A stretch of DNA of 64,000 nt from NCBI GenBank assembly GCA_965227295.1, contig OZ245742.1, positions 2,240,001 through 2,304,000 on the forward strand, in the 5' to 3' direction. The DNA comes from Leptonemataceae bacterium (lineage in GTDB: Bacteria > Spirochaetota > Leptospiria > Leptospirales > Leptonemataceae). Under the pieces are notes generated by a model that was not told where the DNA came from, did no database searches, and was given only the letters and a program-made list of their open reading frames with translations. The position numbers were made by a program, and so were the translations under genes. Numbering within the stretch: the first letter of the stretch is position 1; each line of letters starts with the position of its first letter. Positions 29,701 through 39,489 of this stretch are shown in pieces.

Positions 29701-30898
29701 CGGTTACGCTTGCTCCGAGAAAGCGATTTTGATCGAGGGGATTGCCGGTAAAAAATCGCAGCTTGAGCCGGGATATGACCAGGCCGCTCTTGCCGAAGAC
29801 GTCGGCGAGCACCGGCCACTCCCCGGGGATTGCGAGCACGGCGTAACAGCCGGTGAGTTTGCGCCGGAACGGTTGAATATCGAAGCCGATGCGTTCCAGC
29901 TCCACGGTGTTGAGGATCGGCAGATCGTTTGGTAATAGTTCACCGCCGTCAGTTAAGCCGATGAGTTCCGCGAGATCGCCGAGAGATGCACCGGCACTGC
30001 GTGCATTCGCCGTGGCGCTTTCGATTTGCCGGAACATGGCGGAGAAATCCATGAAGACCATGGCGCTGTTGTAAAACTCACCGCTGAACGTAACCGTGAG
30101 CGGGCCGTCGCTGAGATCGCGCGTGGAGCGGGATACGATGCGGCCGAAGGTCCGCGGTCGCACGCGGCGATCGGCTTCCCGGGGGACGTCGAGGATCGAG
30201 GCAAACTCCAGTTCCAGGGGGAGCGTCTTGCCGATCAGTTCAAAGTCGGCGACGGGCGCGGCGCTGCGAAACCAGAGCTTCGGCAAGAACGTGTCGGTCC
30301 CGGGCTGACGCCGCAGCTCAATGGGGCCGGCCACTTCCACGGTTTCACCGGCGGAGTTGTAGAACCAGGCGAGGGCCGGTGGTAGCTCGCGGATGAGCAG
30401 TTGGCCGCGAAAGTGCAGGCCGCCGTGGAGTTCGTCGTCCTGTACGGGGAGATCCGGAAAGTAACCGAAGTCCAACTGGAAGTCCCGGCGCAGGGCCAGG
30501 CGTCGTTCGGAGTCCAGGGTAACTTCCGGCAAATGCCAGTTAAGTTCGTCCAGAATCGTGCCGCGCAGGGGTTCCAGGCCGTCGGAGAATTTCCAGCCGT
30601 CAAGAAAGTTCGTGAATTGCAAGTGCAGGGCCGGCACGCCTCCTTCCAGGCGGAGCGTGAGAACGGTCTTCAGGTTCGTGCGTCCGAAGAACTCGGTGCG
30701 GAGGTAGCCCGTCACGACGGCCGCGGCCTCTTCGCTCCCGTCCAGGATTTCGGCGCCGCTGAGTTCGATGCGCCCGTCCGGAAAGAAATCCTTGAACAGG
30801 CGGCGCAGATTCGGCGCCGGCCAGTCGGCCTCTCTTAAGTAAAACTCGCGACCGGTTAAGGACCATGCGACCAGAGACTGCAGTTCCGTGAGGATCAT
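26555..30898 (-). CDS. Large (1447 aa) beta-strand-rich hypothetical protein with helical C-terminus and Trp-repeat tail
   Basis: Long ORF with alternating hydrophobic/polar pattern and no obvious signal peptide; ends YNPTKW; ATGA overlap with the upstream gene. Confidence 0.8.
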   Translation of the reverse strand: MILTELQSLVAWSLTGREFYLREADWPAPNLRRLFKDFFPDGRIELSGAEILDGSEEAAAVVTGYLRTEFFGRTNLKTVLTLRLEGGVPALHLQFTNFLDGWKFSDGLEPLRGTILDELNWHLPEVTLDSERRLALRRDFQLDFGYFPDLPVQDDELHGGLHFRGQLLIRELPPALAWFYNSAGETVEVAGPIELRRQPGTDTFLPKLWFRSAAPVADFELIGKTLPLELEFASILDVPREADRRVRPRTFGRIVSRSTRDLSDGPLTVTFSGEFYNSAMVFMDFSAMFRQIESATANARSAGASLGDLAELIGLTDGGELLPNDLPILNTVELERIGFDIQPFRRKLTGCYAVLAIPGEWPVLADVFGKSGLVISRLKLRFFTGNPLDQNRFLGASVTGRTSVAGTDFDVFVSLPDLNLSVVLGPEDVIDVAGILEEILDTDIDLPDLTCTQFILNADLRRRTFSLACRFQTDWTIDCGVGSLTLTNLELRAQNGLGSRGRIYGRFESGGTAFFISGQSAGRDQGWDLEAATLQGDIRLTSIVREFAELFGVDLPDALPDISAESVEINFNTKSRELSLRATVNAAKLPFGGDAESKTRIYLDSRRDPQSRRKQLSGHFESDLNIGDALFLVRYEFGPQAKLYRGEWRTVGDESLSPLDVLRALGIRDGLDVPEELDVQLIRAGFEYEPAHRRFTFSAASRSYGDAFLTVGTDDAGRTAFVFGLDFPPNSRLSDLPVVGRHFRAANFLNFQRAALMISGGNFSNYRVPQLPPLTVDETASSTGGTRPVQPVGGGANLELSPGLSLAAVVDLAEGDARAKNLAAMLPAARLTVQLSFARNSLYAFTRLNGTLAIPSVRDPWLQLENPSLKITVLPQPLFELGTEMNFTVNGKDFDAMLRLILSTTGAAVTAVLKGNDGTLPPPPGIRGLHLREIGMLMGVRFAPPALDLGLQGRYSIGDRREEDDRFALVLQIVQSVPRPMLLSFYMRQITLPEILALFTDVDATQISRELQLIDTGKVSFYWADSPVVLPDGTAAQPGLGFSSTLDLFGFGAHGDFRVDPTSGIHGHAEMEAIRLRGVLEVSGDGRGVQRREEKRNGKWVRVDNRDISRNESEVESREVYVVSPGGPVFLVNTTGSPFFRAAWDIALFEVRLQKVDVSLGTSGLTFRLITRLTLIAELDLACTLLSSGFNASGSLRMGLDLNVGPIKILGVNFGTLRLKALLNGEVRLHISANRFSANINASFDFQSMHFKVPTLRASVPPEKLEDLGAELLRLIEDNAADLFRPLLDAAEAWADLVKAGVLTGIENTARVLKNGYALAEKEAAHILRDLEQDAARVVELMHQAGYVPEKIGAAVEEVYGFSKDQVRSTFRSAGVAVDWMEGAGNDVADWTTGAAGDTADWTTGAADDVAGWTTGAANDVADWTSGAAEDVADAVSNPDTYNPTKW

Positions 30899-32229
30899 TT
30901 GGCATCCTCATCGGCGGCCGGCTTTAACTTTTTGCCGGCGCTGCCACCGTCAGCGGCCGCGCCGGACTCTCCGATCTCTCCGATGTTGAAGGCGATGGGA
31001 AAGTGATCGCTGATGCTGTACTCGAAGAGGATGCGGCGGAGTTCGGCATCACCGAAGTCGCCGCCAGTCTTTGCCTGGATGTATTGGATGGCCGCAATGA
31101 CGGAGAAACGGGCTTTGCGGGCGTAGTCCCGGACGTCATCCAGCGTGCCTTGCGTCATCTGACAGTCGCTTGCAATCCACGCTGTCATTGTTTCGGCGAA
31201 GCCTTTCAGTTGAGAGACGAGACGGGCCCAAATCCGGGCGCCGTCTACGGGGCTGCGTTCCAGGTCGTCTTTCGAGGCAGCGCAAATGTTGAGAAGATCT
31301 ACCACGGCAATCGCCATGGCATCGTCCGGTGTTACCGGGATCGTGCGGCGCGCGCTCTGGCGCCGGGCCTGTGACCAGCGCTCGTCGAGTTCGCGGGTAC
31401 AGGTTTGCAGGGAGTCGGTGATGGACGCTGCAAAGGAAGCCTCGACGACCGGCGGGGCGGTAACGTTGTCCAGGACGGCGCAGAGTTCAACGCTTACGTT
31501 CCGGGTCCAGCATTGATCGTACGGTTGGCTGTCGTCCTGGTTCGTACCCAGGGCCTGAAGATACGTGGTATATCGGCGCAGTGAAGTATCCATGCGACCG
31601 GCGGTGCCGGAAGGGCCGGCATGGACGAAGCCTTGTTCCGTGCAGGCCTCGTCCAGGTGATCCTGCTCCAATCGTTTGAAGTTCAGGTCGCCGCAGAATA
31701 CGATGGGCGCGTCGTGCGGGAGTGCCGCATTCGCAAGTACTCCTGCCAGTGCCGCCTGGCGTGTATCGACGGCGGCCGAGGGGGACGGCGCATGGAATAC
31801 CAGAAAGTGGATGATACGGTCCGCGATTTGAAGGGGAAGATACCAGGCGCTTCGGTACGGACGTACGGAAGGAATCAGGGCCGGGGCCCCGGCCGGTCCG
31901 GCCGAGCCGTCCTCGATTATCAGAATGTATTTTTCTCTGCCGGCATCGTCGGACGGCAAGACTGAATAGCTGTGCTCGCCGCCGTTCAGTCTCGTCTTCA
32001 GCATGAGACAACGGGACTCATCGGTGTCCGGGCCCACTTCCAGCAAGAAGGCCGCTTTCGGCCGGTATGTTCGGATCATTTCGGCAACCGCGCTCAGACG
32101 TATTTCGTACGGGGTATCGCGGCCGTACACTCCCCGACGGTACCAGGACGCGCTGAGGTTGCGCACGTTCCAGCACATGACGTCGTAACGTTCCCGAATT
32201 CTACGTTTGCTGCTTCCCGGATGTGCCAA
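30895..32229 (-). CDS. Endonuclease/exonuclease/phosphatase (EEP) family protein with large helical insertion
   Basis: MCWNV, FLLEV, FHAP, CGDLN, YDQ and SDHFP catalytic motifs. Confidence 0.75.
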   Translation of the reverse strand: MAHPGSSKRRIRERYDVMCWNVRNLSASWYRRGVYGRDTPYEIRLSAVAEMIRTYRPKAAFLLEVGPDTDESRCLMLKTRLNGGEHSYSVLPSDDAGREKYILIIEDGSAGPAGAPALIPSVRPYRSAWYLPLQIADRIIHFLVFHAPSPSAAVDTRQAALAGVLANAALPHDAPIVFCGDLNFKRLEQDHLDEACTEQGFVHAGPSGTAGRMDTSLRRYTTYLQALGTNQDDSQPYDQCWTRNVSVELCAVLDNVTAPPVVEASFAASITDSLQTCTRELDERWSQARRQSARRTIPVTPDDAMAIAVVDLLNICAASKDDLERSPVDGARIWARLVSQLKGFAETMTAWIASDCQMTQGTLDDVRDYARKARFSVIAAIQYIQAKTGGDFGDAELRRILFEYSISDHFPIAFNIGEIGESGAAADGGSAGKKLKPAADEDAK

Positions 32230-32398
32230 TGCCGAATCTCACCGGCCTGGGCCGTTCCGGGATTGTGCTCCGTTTTAATGGACTGCCAATCGTAAATTAC
32301 TGACGAGGCGAAGTGATTGATTTTAATTGATGCTTTGCGTAAATTTTTGCAAAGGATCGGGGTGGTGTTTCAGTAAGTGAAGGGTCCTGCGCCGGCCG

Positions 32399-32827
32399 TC
32401 ACACAACTCCCGTAAACACCAGCCAGTCCCCGCCCGCGGCGATGCCGTTCACGGCGACAGCGCAGTCGTAGCCGCGCCTGCGATAAAACTCGCTATCGTG
32501 AAACGAAGTCGTGCTAATAATTACTCGGTGGATGTTACGTTTGCGCGCTTCGGCCTCCGCGCGATCCAGGAGCTGGCGGCCGTAGCCCCGGCCGCGAACG
32601 TCGTCGTGCAACCAGAGCGTGCGCACGAAGAGCGCGCCGTAGCCGAAGTCGCCGAGCAAACCGCCGCGCGGGAAGCCGCGCGCGTCGACGACGTAGATTC
32701 GCAACGGTTCCGTTTCGGCGAACGGTGCGGGGACGCGGCGAGCGTCGAAGTCGCGCAGCCCGCGTTCGATGTACGTGTCCAGGTCCGGACGATCGGCCAC
32801 TTTCAGCAGCAGAGATTCTCCGGTCAT
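32399..32827 (-). CDS. GNAT-family N-acetyltransferase
   Basis: LFVRTLWLHDDVRGRGYGRQLL and FYRRRGY. Confidence 0.85.
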   Translation of the reverse strand: MTGESLLLKVADRPDLDTYIERGLRDFDARRVPAPFAETEPLRIYVVDARGFPRGGLLGDFGYGALFVRTLWLHDDVRGRGYGRQLLDRAEAEARKRNIHRVIISTTSFHDSEFYRRRGYDCAVAVNGIAAGGDWLVFTGVV

Positions 32828-32959
32828 GCCGGGAGCCTCAAGGCCGAACGGCGAAAATCAAGCGGGAAGGCCGGGAGCGCGACGACGCTCCCGCAAAAAT
32901 TCCAGAGAATGTAAGATACTGAACGCGCCGCCGGCCGGCGTTGTCGCTGATACTAAGAC

Positions 32960-34333
32960 TCAGCGGCGGTTGCCGGGGGCGCCGCCGCTAACTTGCTTCT
33001 TTGAAGACTTAGCGTTGTGACGGCCGTTGCGCCGCGGTTCCCGGTTGCCGCCGCCGGTGCGGGCTCCGCCGGGCCGCGCGCCGCCGTTCGGGCGCGATCC
33101 GCCAGAGCGAGCATTGCCGCGGGCCCCGCCGCCTTTGCCGGGCTCCGGCCGGTTCAACTCCGGCGCGTCGAAGCCTTCGATCTTTTGCGTGGGCAGGGAA
33201 CGACGAATCAAACGTTCGATACCGATCAGTAACTTCTTCTCATCGGCACTTACGAGTGAAATGGCGTGCCCCGCGGCGCCGGCCCGACCGGTGCGGCCGA
33301 TGCGGTGCACGTAGTCTTCGGCGACGTGGGGCAGTTCGTAGTTCACCACCTGCGGCAACTGTTCAATGTCGAGGCCCCGCGCGGCGATGTCCGTGGCGAC
33401 CAGGACCTGCACGCGCCCGCGTTTAAAATCGGCGAGGGCTTTGGTGCGAGCGTTCTGGGATTTGTTGCCGTGGATGGCGGTGCTCTTGATGCCGTCGCGC
33501 TCCAGCTTGCGGGCCAGGGCGTTGGCGCGATGTTTCGTGCGGGTGAATACGAGCACCTGGTACCACTTGTGATCGCGAATGAGATGGGCGAGGAGTTTGG
33601 CCTTGTGATCGGATTGTACCGGATGCACGAGCTGTTCCACGGTGGCCGCCGCCGGTTTTTCCCGGGCGATTTCGACTTCGAGCGGATCCTTCAAGATTTC
33701 ACTGGTGAGTTCGCGAATTTCCGGGGCGAAGGTCGCCGAGAACATCAGGTTCTGACGATCTTTCGGCAGCAGTTTCACGATGCGACGGATGTCCGGGATG
33801 AAGCCCATATCCATCATGCGATCGGCTTCGTCGAGGATCAGAATTTCCACGTGGGAAAGATCGGCGGCGCCGCGAGCCTGGAGGTCCAGGAGGCGGCCCG
33901 GGGTGGCGATGAGAATGTCGACGCCGGCCTTGAGCCTGGAGATTTGCGGGTTGATGTTTACGCCGCCGAAGACCACCGTAGATTTCAGTGAAAGAAACTT
34001 ACCGTAAACGGCGACGCTCTCGGCCACCTGGGCGGCGAGTTCGCGGGTGGGCACGAGGATGAGCGCGCGCACGTGGCGGCGCGGTTTGCGCGGGCCGCGT
34101 TGATTTTGCGAGCCGCGAGGTTGAGGGGCCGCGGCATCCGAAAGGATGTGCAGCGTCGGTAACGTAAAGCCGGCGGTTTTGCCGGTGCCGGTTTGGGCGG
34201 CGGCGAGCAGATCGCGGCCGGTGAGCACGGCCGGAATGGCCTGTGCCTGGATGGGTGTGGGGTTGGTATAGCCTTGTGCGTCGATCGCGCGGAGAAGCGG
34301 ATCGGACAGGCCGAGTTCGGAAAAAGCGGACAT
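32960..34333 (-). CDS. rhlE: DEAD-box ATP-dependent RNA helicase
   Basis: [31 protein letters not shown] and HRIGRTGR; Gly/Arg-rich tail. Confidence 0.92.
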   Translation of the reverse strand: MSAFSELGLSDPLLRAIDAQGYTNPTPIQAQAIPAVLTGRDLLAAAQTGTGKTAGFTLPTLHILSDAAAPQPRGSQNQRGPRKPRRHVRALILVPTRELAAQVAESVAVYGKFLSLKSTVVFGGVNINPQISRLKAGVDILIATPGRLLDLQARGAADLSHVEILILDEADRMMDMGFIPDIRRIVKLLPKDRQNLMFSATFAPEIRELTSEILKDPLEVEIAREKPAAATVEQLVHPVQSDHKAKLLAHLIRDHKWYQVLVFTRTKHRANALARKLERDGIKSTAIHGNKSQNARTKALADFKRGRVQVLVATDIAARGLDIEQLPQVVNYELPHVAEDYVHRIGRTGRAGAAGHAISLVSADEKKLLIGIERLIRRSLPTQKIEGFDAPELNRPEPGKGGGARGNARSGGSRPNGGARPGGARTGGGNREPRRNGRHNAKSSKKQVSGGAPGNRR

Positions 34334-34470
34334 GGATTCCTGGCGAACGTTCGCGTCAGCGCCAGGCGATCGTTCTAAAAGTTAAAATCGTTTCGGGAGA
34401 AACGCACGAACCGGGGTGGCGTGTTGGTTCGTGTTACCACGATTTTGCAGATGGGGTTTCCCGGCGAGTG

Positions 34471-35067
34471 TTATTTTGTGACGCGCGACGAGCCGTAGAG
34501 CTGCCGGGCGTCTACCGTAAAACCGGGAAGGATGTCGCTTTCGATGGCGCCGTTCGGGGATTTCACCCGCGCGTTTTGCCAGGCCCGGCCGGTGTTCGCG
34601 CGCTTTTCGAAAGCACGCTGCGCGGGATCGAGAATCCAGTACTCGCGCACGCCGTGCTGTAAGTACAGTTCCGCCTTGCGGCCGCGATCGTACTGTGCCG
34701 TGGAGGGCGACAGTACCTCGCAGACGAGATCCGGGGCGCCGTAGATGTAGTCGCCGACGATGCCCAGACGTTCGTTGGCGATGAAGCTAACATCCGGCCG
34801 AAGTATATTAAGGCCGTCGTTGAGGTGGACGTCGACCTCGGGCACCGCCTGACCGACGGGATGAACGTCGAGGTAGTTCATGAGCAACTGGCTGAACCGA
34901 ATCTCGGCCTGGCCGTGTCGGTAGACGAAACTGGCGCTCACTCGCATGACCCCGTCGATGAGTTCGTACTGGAACCCGTCGTCGGGGAGCCGGAGGTACT
35001 CCTGCGGTGGGCATGCCTGGCCGTCGTACCGCGGCCGGGCATGTGTCTTGCGCACGGTGGCGAGCAT
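34471..35067 (-). CDS. Uma2-family endonuclease
   Basis: YELIDG, LRPDVSF, GAPDLVCEVLSPST, GVREYWILDP and SDILPGF. Confidence 0.9.
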   Translation of the reverse strand: MLATVRKTHARPRYDGQACPPQEYLRLPDDGFQYELIDGVMRVSASFVYRHGQAEIRFSQLLMNYLDVHPVGQAVPEVDVHLNDGLNILRPDVSFIANERLGIVGDYIYGAPDLVCEVLSPSTAQYDRGRKAELYLQHGVREYWILDPAQRAFEKRANTGRAWQNARVKSPNGAIESDILPGFTVDARQLYGSSRVTK

Positions 35068-35268
35068 AGAGAATCCTACCGTTTTTCCCGACGATGGTCA
35101 AGCAAGATGGTTCCGAAAGCCGCGTTCGTTCCGCGTTTTTTTCGGTATCGGGAAGAAAGTGTCGGTGTTTCGGAGGACGTTCCGGTCACGAAGACCGCAC
35201 AGGAGAGGACGAGAGCCGTGATTGATTGCATGACTCCCGTCCTCTCGCAATTCAGAAGCAAGTGCGGA

Positions 35269-35688
35269 TCAATATCCGCCCTTGTTTTTGTTGCCTTTGT
35301 TTTCTTTGCGCTTCTCGCGCATCTCTTTCATCGCCGCCTTACAGGTGTTCGAGAGCTTATCCTTGTTCTCTTTGAAACACGCGCGCAGGCCCTTGCCCGG
35401 TTCGGCGTCGGGGCAGAGCTTTGCTTTGTCCGCCTGGCAAGCCTCGCGAACTTTCATCATCATCTCGTGATGTTTTTTCATCTTTGCCTGGCATTCCGGA
35501 GAGAACTTGTCCTTGTTCTCTTTGATGCACTCGCGCAGACGGCCGTCGCCCGGCTTGATGCCTTCGCAGATCGTCTCCACTTCTTCGAAGCACGGGCCCT
35601 TCGGACCTTTGCGATCTTCGGCAAGCAGCGGCAGTGCTACAGCGGCACTGAGAATGGCGGTGAGTAAAATCGATTTCCAGTGATTCAT
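35269..35688 (-). CDS. Secreted cysteine-rich repeat protein (two C-x7-C...C...C units)
   Basis: Signal peptide; CFEEVETICEGIKPGDGRLRECIKENKDKFSPEC and CQADKAKLCPDAEPGKGLRACFKENKDKLSNTC; RBS AAGGAG. Confidence 0.8.
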   Translation of the reverse strand: MNHWKSILLTAILSAAVALPLLAEDRKGPKGPCFEEVETICEGIKPGDGRLRECIKENKDKFSPECQAKMKKHHEMMMKVREACQADKAKLCPDAEPGKGLRACFKENKDKLSNTCKAAMKEMREKRKENKGNKNKGGY

Positions 35689-35788
35689 GCGAATCTCCTT
35701 ATTCGTCATTGTTGTATAGAGAGACGGCTCTCGTCGCACGGATGTGCTGATATTTCCCGGGCGTTGTGTAAAGTAATGTAAAAACGAC

Positions 35789-38700
35789 TCATTTCGCCGC
35801 GGTGATTTTCCCGGGCCCGCCGGCGGCACCCACGATTTCCATATCCTGACGCATCTCCTCGACGGACTTGCCCGCGACCTTGCGACCGAGGTACTCTTTC
35901 ACGTCGAGGGCCATGCTGTACATGATCGGGACCATGCCCAGAGTCAGCACCGTGGAAAACGCGAGGCCCCAGGCAAACGACAGCGCCATGGGCACGAGAA
36001 ACGGATCGAAGCCGCCCAGGCCGTAAGCCGTGGGCAACAGGCCGAGGACAGTGGTGAGTGTCGTCAGCAACACCGCACGGAAACGCAGGCTCGAAGCTTC
36101 CAGCGCCACTTCGATGTTGGAAAGCTCCGGTTGTTCCACGCGAATGCGGTTCGCGAAGTCGACGAGTACGATGGAGTCGTTCACCACGACGCCGGCGAGA
36201 CCGATGATGCCCATCAACGCCAGGAACGAAAACGGTTCGCCGTGAGCCGCGAAGGCGAAGATCACGCCGATCATCGCGAAGGGCACGGCGGCCAGTACCA
36301 CGAAAGGCTGCGTTAGCGAACGGAAGAGGGAAGCGAGAATCATGAAGATGACGATGACGCCCACCGCCGCCGCCCGGCCCAGGCTGCCCAGGGACTCCTC
36401 GGTATCCTTGTTCTCGCCGCCGAACTGCACCTGGTAGGACGGATACTGGTCCGGAATATCTTTTGCGGCCTCGCGGATTTTTTCCGTAGCTTCTGCTGAG
36501 GTGATCTTATTCTCGTCCACGTTCGCGGTGACGCTGATCAACCGACGACCGTCCAGGTGCAGGATGGCCGTGATGCCTTTCGTGCGTTCGAAGGCCGCCA
36601 TGCTCGAAACCGGAATGAGATTACCGAGCTGGTTCTGAACGTAGATTTTGTTCAGCGAGTTCAGATCGTTGCGGTTTTTTTCGGCGAAGCGCACGCGAAT
36701 GTCGACTTCCTCCTCCGGCGTTTTGATCGACGTCGCCACCGTACCTTCGAAGGCCGTGTTCACCGCCGAGGCGATCTGCGCCACCGAAAGATTCGTGCGC
36801 GCCGCGACGGCCTCGTCGATCTTCAAACGGATTTCGTCTTTGCCCGCCTGGTTCGAGTCGTCGATGTCCACGATGCCGTCGATGGAAGCGAGGACTTCTT
36901 TGTACCTGTCGGCGATCTCATCGAGCACTTCCATGTTGTCGCCCATGATCTCGATGGCCACGGGTTTACCCACCGGCGGACCGCCCTGCATCTTTTCGAA
37001 CTCGATGTTCTCCACGCGGCCGCGCAGGTCGGCGAACTGCGAGGGGATGTCGTATGCGAGCGGGAGCTGCGTGATGGCCTGGGCGACCTTGCCTTCGTCG
37101 AGCATACGCTTTATGTTCTCGAGGTCGCGGGCTTTTTTATCGCGCAGGGCCTCGGGCGTGAGCATCCACTCGGTTTGATTGCGCAGGTGATCGATGATGA
37201 TCTGCGCCGGCAGGTCCCGATCCAGTTCCGCTTCGAGGTAGATCTTGAGCATGCCGTAGTTCGAGCCGCGCTTCGTAAACGGATCGTTGGCTTCTTTTTG
37301 CTGAATGCCGGAACGGGCGAGGAAGGTATCCAGCTCGCTTTCCGGTAGCTTCTCGATCTCGATGCCGACGGCGTGCAGAAAACGTTGCGTTTCTTCTTTG
37401 GTGGTGCCCGAGGGCAGAGTGACTTTGACGTAGAGCTGATCCACCGCGGCCGGGAACAACTTGAACTTACCGAACACGGCCTGCACGAAGATGGCGAAGA
37501 TGAACAGCATGAACATGCCGGCAATGACCAGGCCGCGGTGCCGCAGCATCCACCACAGCGAACTGCGATAGAAACCGTCGCGCAAACGTTCGAAGGCGTT
37601 GCGCACGAAGTCCAGGCTGCCCAGGATGGAGCCCAGCACCGAACGTTTGCCGGAGTTCTGCTTCCCGGGATCCTGGGCCTGGCCGTCGCCGCCGTAAGCC
37701 GGGCTGTACTTGTTCATGTCGTAGACGTGCGAGGGCAGAATCAAAAAGCACTCGAGGAGCGAAGCGATCAGCGCCAGGATCACCACGAGGGGAATCGTAT
37801 AGACGAACTTACCGAAGATGCCGGTCATGAACATCATGGGCGCGAAGGCCGCGCACGTCGTGGCGATGGTGGCCATTACGGGAGAAACAACTTCCGCGCT
37901 GCCCTTTGAGCAGGCCTCCCACAACGGATAACCTTCTTCCATGTAACGATAGATGTTTTCGCTGACGATGATGGCGTCATCGACGACGATCCCGATCACG
38001 AGCACCAGGCCGAACATGGAGATGAGGTTCATGGTCACGCCCAGATACTGCATGGCGATGAAGGTCATGCCGAAGGCGATGGGAATGCCCAACGCGACCA
38101 TGACCGAGGTGCGCCAGCCCATGAAGAAAAACAGCGACAGGATGACCAGGGCGAGACCGACGATGCCGTTGGAGATGAGAACACCCAGGCGTCGTTTTAC
38201 GAAGTACGAGATGTCGTTGACGGCGACGAGCTCAATGCCCTCGGGCACGTTCTTGCGGAAGCGTTCGACGATGTCGTTGGTTTTGTCGACAACGTTGATG
38301 ATGTCCCCGGCCTCGCGTTTGACGACGACCAGGCTGATGGACGGATGATTCAGCGTGGTTTCTAAGTAGTCCGGTTCTTCGAAGTCGTCGCGAACCTGCG
38401 CGACGTCGGCAACCTTAACGTCGTAGCCGACCTCGTTCGAGCGAACGTAGGTGCGTCGAATCTCTTCGGCGTTTTCGTACTCGCCCACGGTGCGCACGAT
38501 CACCTCGCGTTTGCCCAGGTTGATCTCACCGCCCGGCAGACTGACGTTGCGCGCCTTCAGTGCGTTGTTGATGGCGCCGGTGCCGAGGTAATACCGTTGC
38601 AAAAGATCCGGATCGGTTTCGACGAAGATTTCGCGGTCGCGCCAGCCCTTGCGTTCCACCCGGGCGACCTCGTCGAGTTCGAGGAAGCGGTTCTCCAGGC

Positions 38701-39196
38701 GCCGCGCCAGTTCGCGCAGTTCGCCGTAGCTGAGCGGATACACGCCGTTCACCGGCTTCATCACCAGCGACCATTCAATCACCGGCGTGCGCGACGTGCC
38801 GATCTCGATGATGAGCGGGTCCTCGGCGTCTTCGGGCAGATCTTCCGTGCGATCGACGGCACTGCGAATGTCGTCGATGACCTTCTGCGTATCCTTTTCG
38901 TCGGGATCGATCTGGATGACGATGCCGGAGCGGCTTTCGATGGAACTGGAACGATACTCCTCCAGTCCGTCGACTTCTTTGATGGATTCTTCGAGGGGAA
39001 TCGTGACGAGCTTTTCGACTTCCTGCGGCGACGCGCCCGGATAGATCGTGTTTACCGAGACGATGTCGAAGTCGATGTTCGGAAAGGCCTCCCGGTTCAT
39101 GGTGAGGGCGATGAAACCGCCCACGCCGATCAGGATAACCGTCAGCAAGTTGACGAAGATGCTTCTATTTAAGAAATAATCAATCAGTCCCTGCAT
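35789..39196 (-). CDS. Efflux RND transporter permease subunit (AcrB/AcrD/AcrF family)
   Basis: REAFP, YPGASPQEVE, GIVVDDAIIVSEN, GVVVNDSIVLVD and RFRAVLLTTLTT. Confidence 0.93.
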   Translation of the reverse strand: MQGLIDYFLNRSIFVNLLTVILIGVGGFIALTMNREAFPNIDFDIVSVNTIYPGASPQEVEKLVTIPLEESIKEVDGLEEYRSSSIESRSGIVIQIDPDEKDTQKVIDDIRSAVDRTEDLPEDAEDPLIIEIGTSRTPVIEWSLVMKPVNGVYPLSYGELRELARRLENRFLELDEVARVERKGWRDREIFVETDPDLLQRYYLGTGAINNALKARNVSLPGGEINLGKREVIVRTVGEYENAEEIRRTYVRSNEVGYDVKVADVAQVRDDFEEPDYLETTLNHPSISLVVVKREAGDIINVVDKTNDIVERFRKNVPEGIELVAVNDISYFVKRRLGVLISNGIVGLALVILSLFFFMGWRTSVMVALGIPIAFGMTFIAMQYLGVTMNLISMFGLVLVIGIVVDDAIIVSENIYRYMEEGYPLWEACSKGSAEVVSPVMATIATTCAAFAPMMFMTGIFGKFVYTIPLVVILALIASLLECFLILPSHVYDMNKYSPAYGGDGQAQDPGKQNSGKRSVLGSILGSLDFVRNAFERLRDGFYRSSLWWMLRHRGLVIAGMFMLFIFAIFVQAVFGKFKLFPAAVDQLYVKVTLPSGTTKEETQRFLHAVGIEIEKLPESELDTFLARSGIQQKEANDPFTKRGSNYGMLKIYLEAELDRDLPAQIIIDHLRNQTEWMLTPEALRDKKARDLENIKRMLDEGKVAQAITQLPLAYDIPSQFADLRGRVENIEFEKMQGGPPVGKPVAIEIMGDNMEVLDEIADRYKEVLASIDGIVDIDDSNQAGKDEIRLKIDEAVAARTNLSVAQIASAVNTAFEGTVATSIKTPEEEVDIRVRFAEKNRNDLNSLNKIYVQNQLGNLIPVSSMAAFERTKGITAILHLDGRRLISVTANVDENKITSAEATEKIREAAKDIPDQYPSYQVQFGGENKDTEESLGSLGRAAAVGVIVIFMILASLFRSLTQPFVVLAAVPFAMIGVIFAFAAHGEPFSFLALMGIIGLAGVVVNDSIVLVDFANRIRVEQPELSNIEVALEASSLRFRAVLLTTLTTVLGLLPTAYGLGGFDPFLVPMALSFAWGLAFSTVLTLGMVPIMYSMALDVKEYLGRKVAGKSVEEMRQDMEIVGAAGGPGKITAAK

Positions 39197-39299
39197 GATC
39201 TTCGTTCTCCTGCCGAGCGAACCGCTGTATTATCCGTACACCGCAGCAGGTTTCGGATGTCAATTGGTTCAATGAGGGGGAATCTTACGGCGTCTGCTG

Positions 39300-39325
39300 A
39301 ATTCCGCCACCGCGGTGGCGGAATT
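39300..39325. repeat. Perfect 26-bp palindrome at the distal end of the toxin array
   Basis: aattccgccaccgcggtggcggaatt is its own reverse complement. Confidence 0.8.
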
Positions 39326-39489
39326 GGGCGCGGGTCATGCTCCGACGCGCTAAGGCGCGAATCCAGGCGGGGGGCGCTGGAGTCACGGTCACTCAGGGTG
39401 GGGAAGGGCTATGTTGGCGAAGCGGCGGAGATTTTCGCAAGGAGATTTTCGGTCGGTGATGCGGGTTTGCGGGAGCGATGTGGCTGGAA

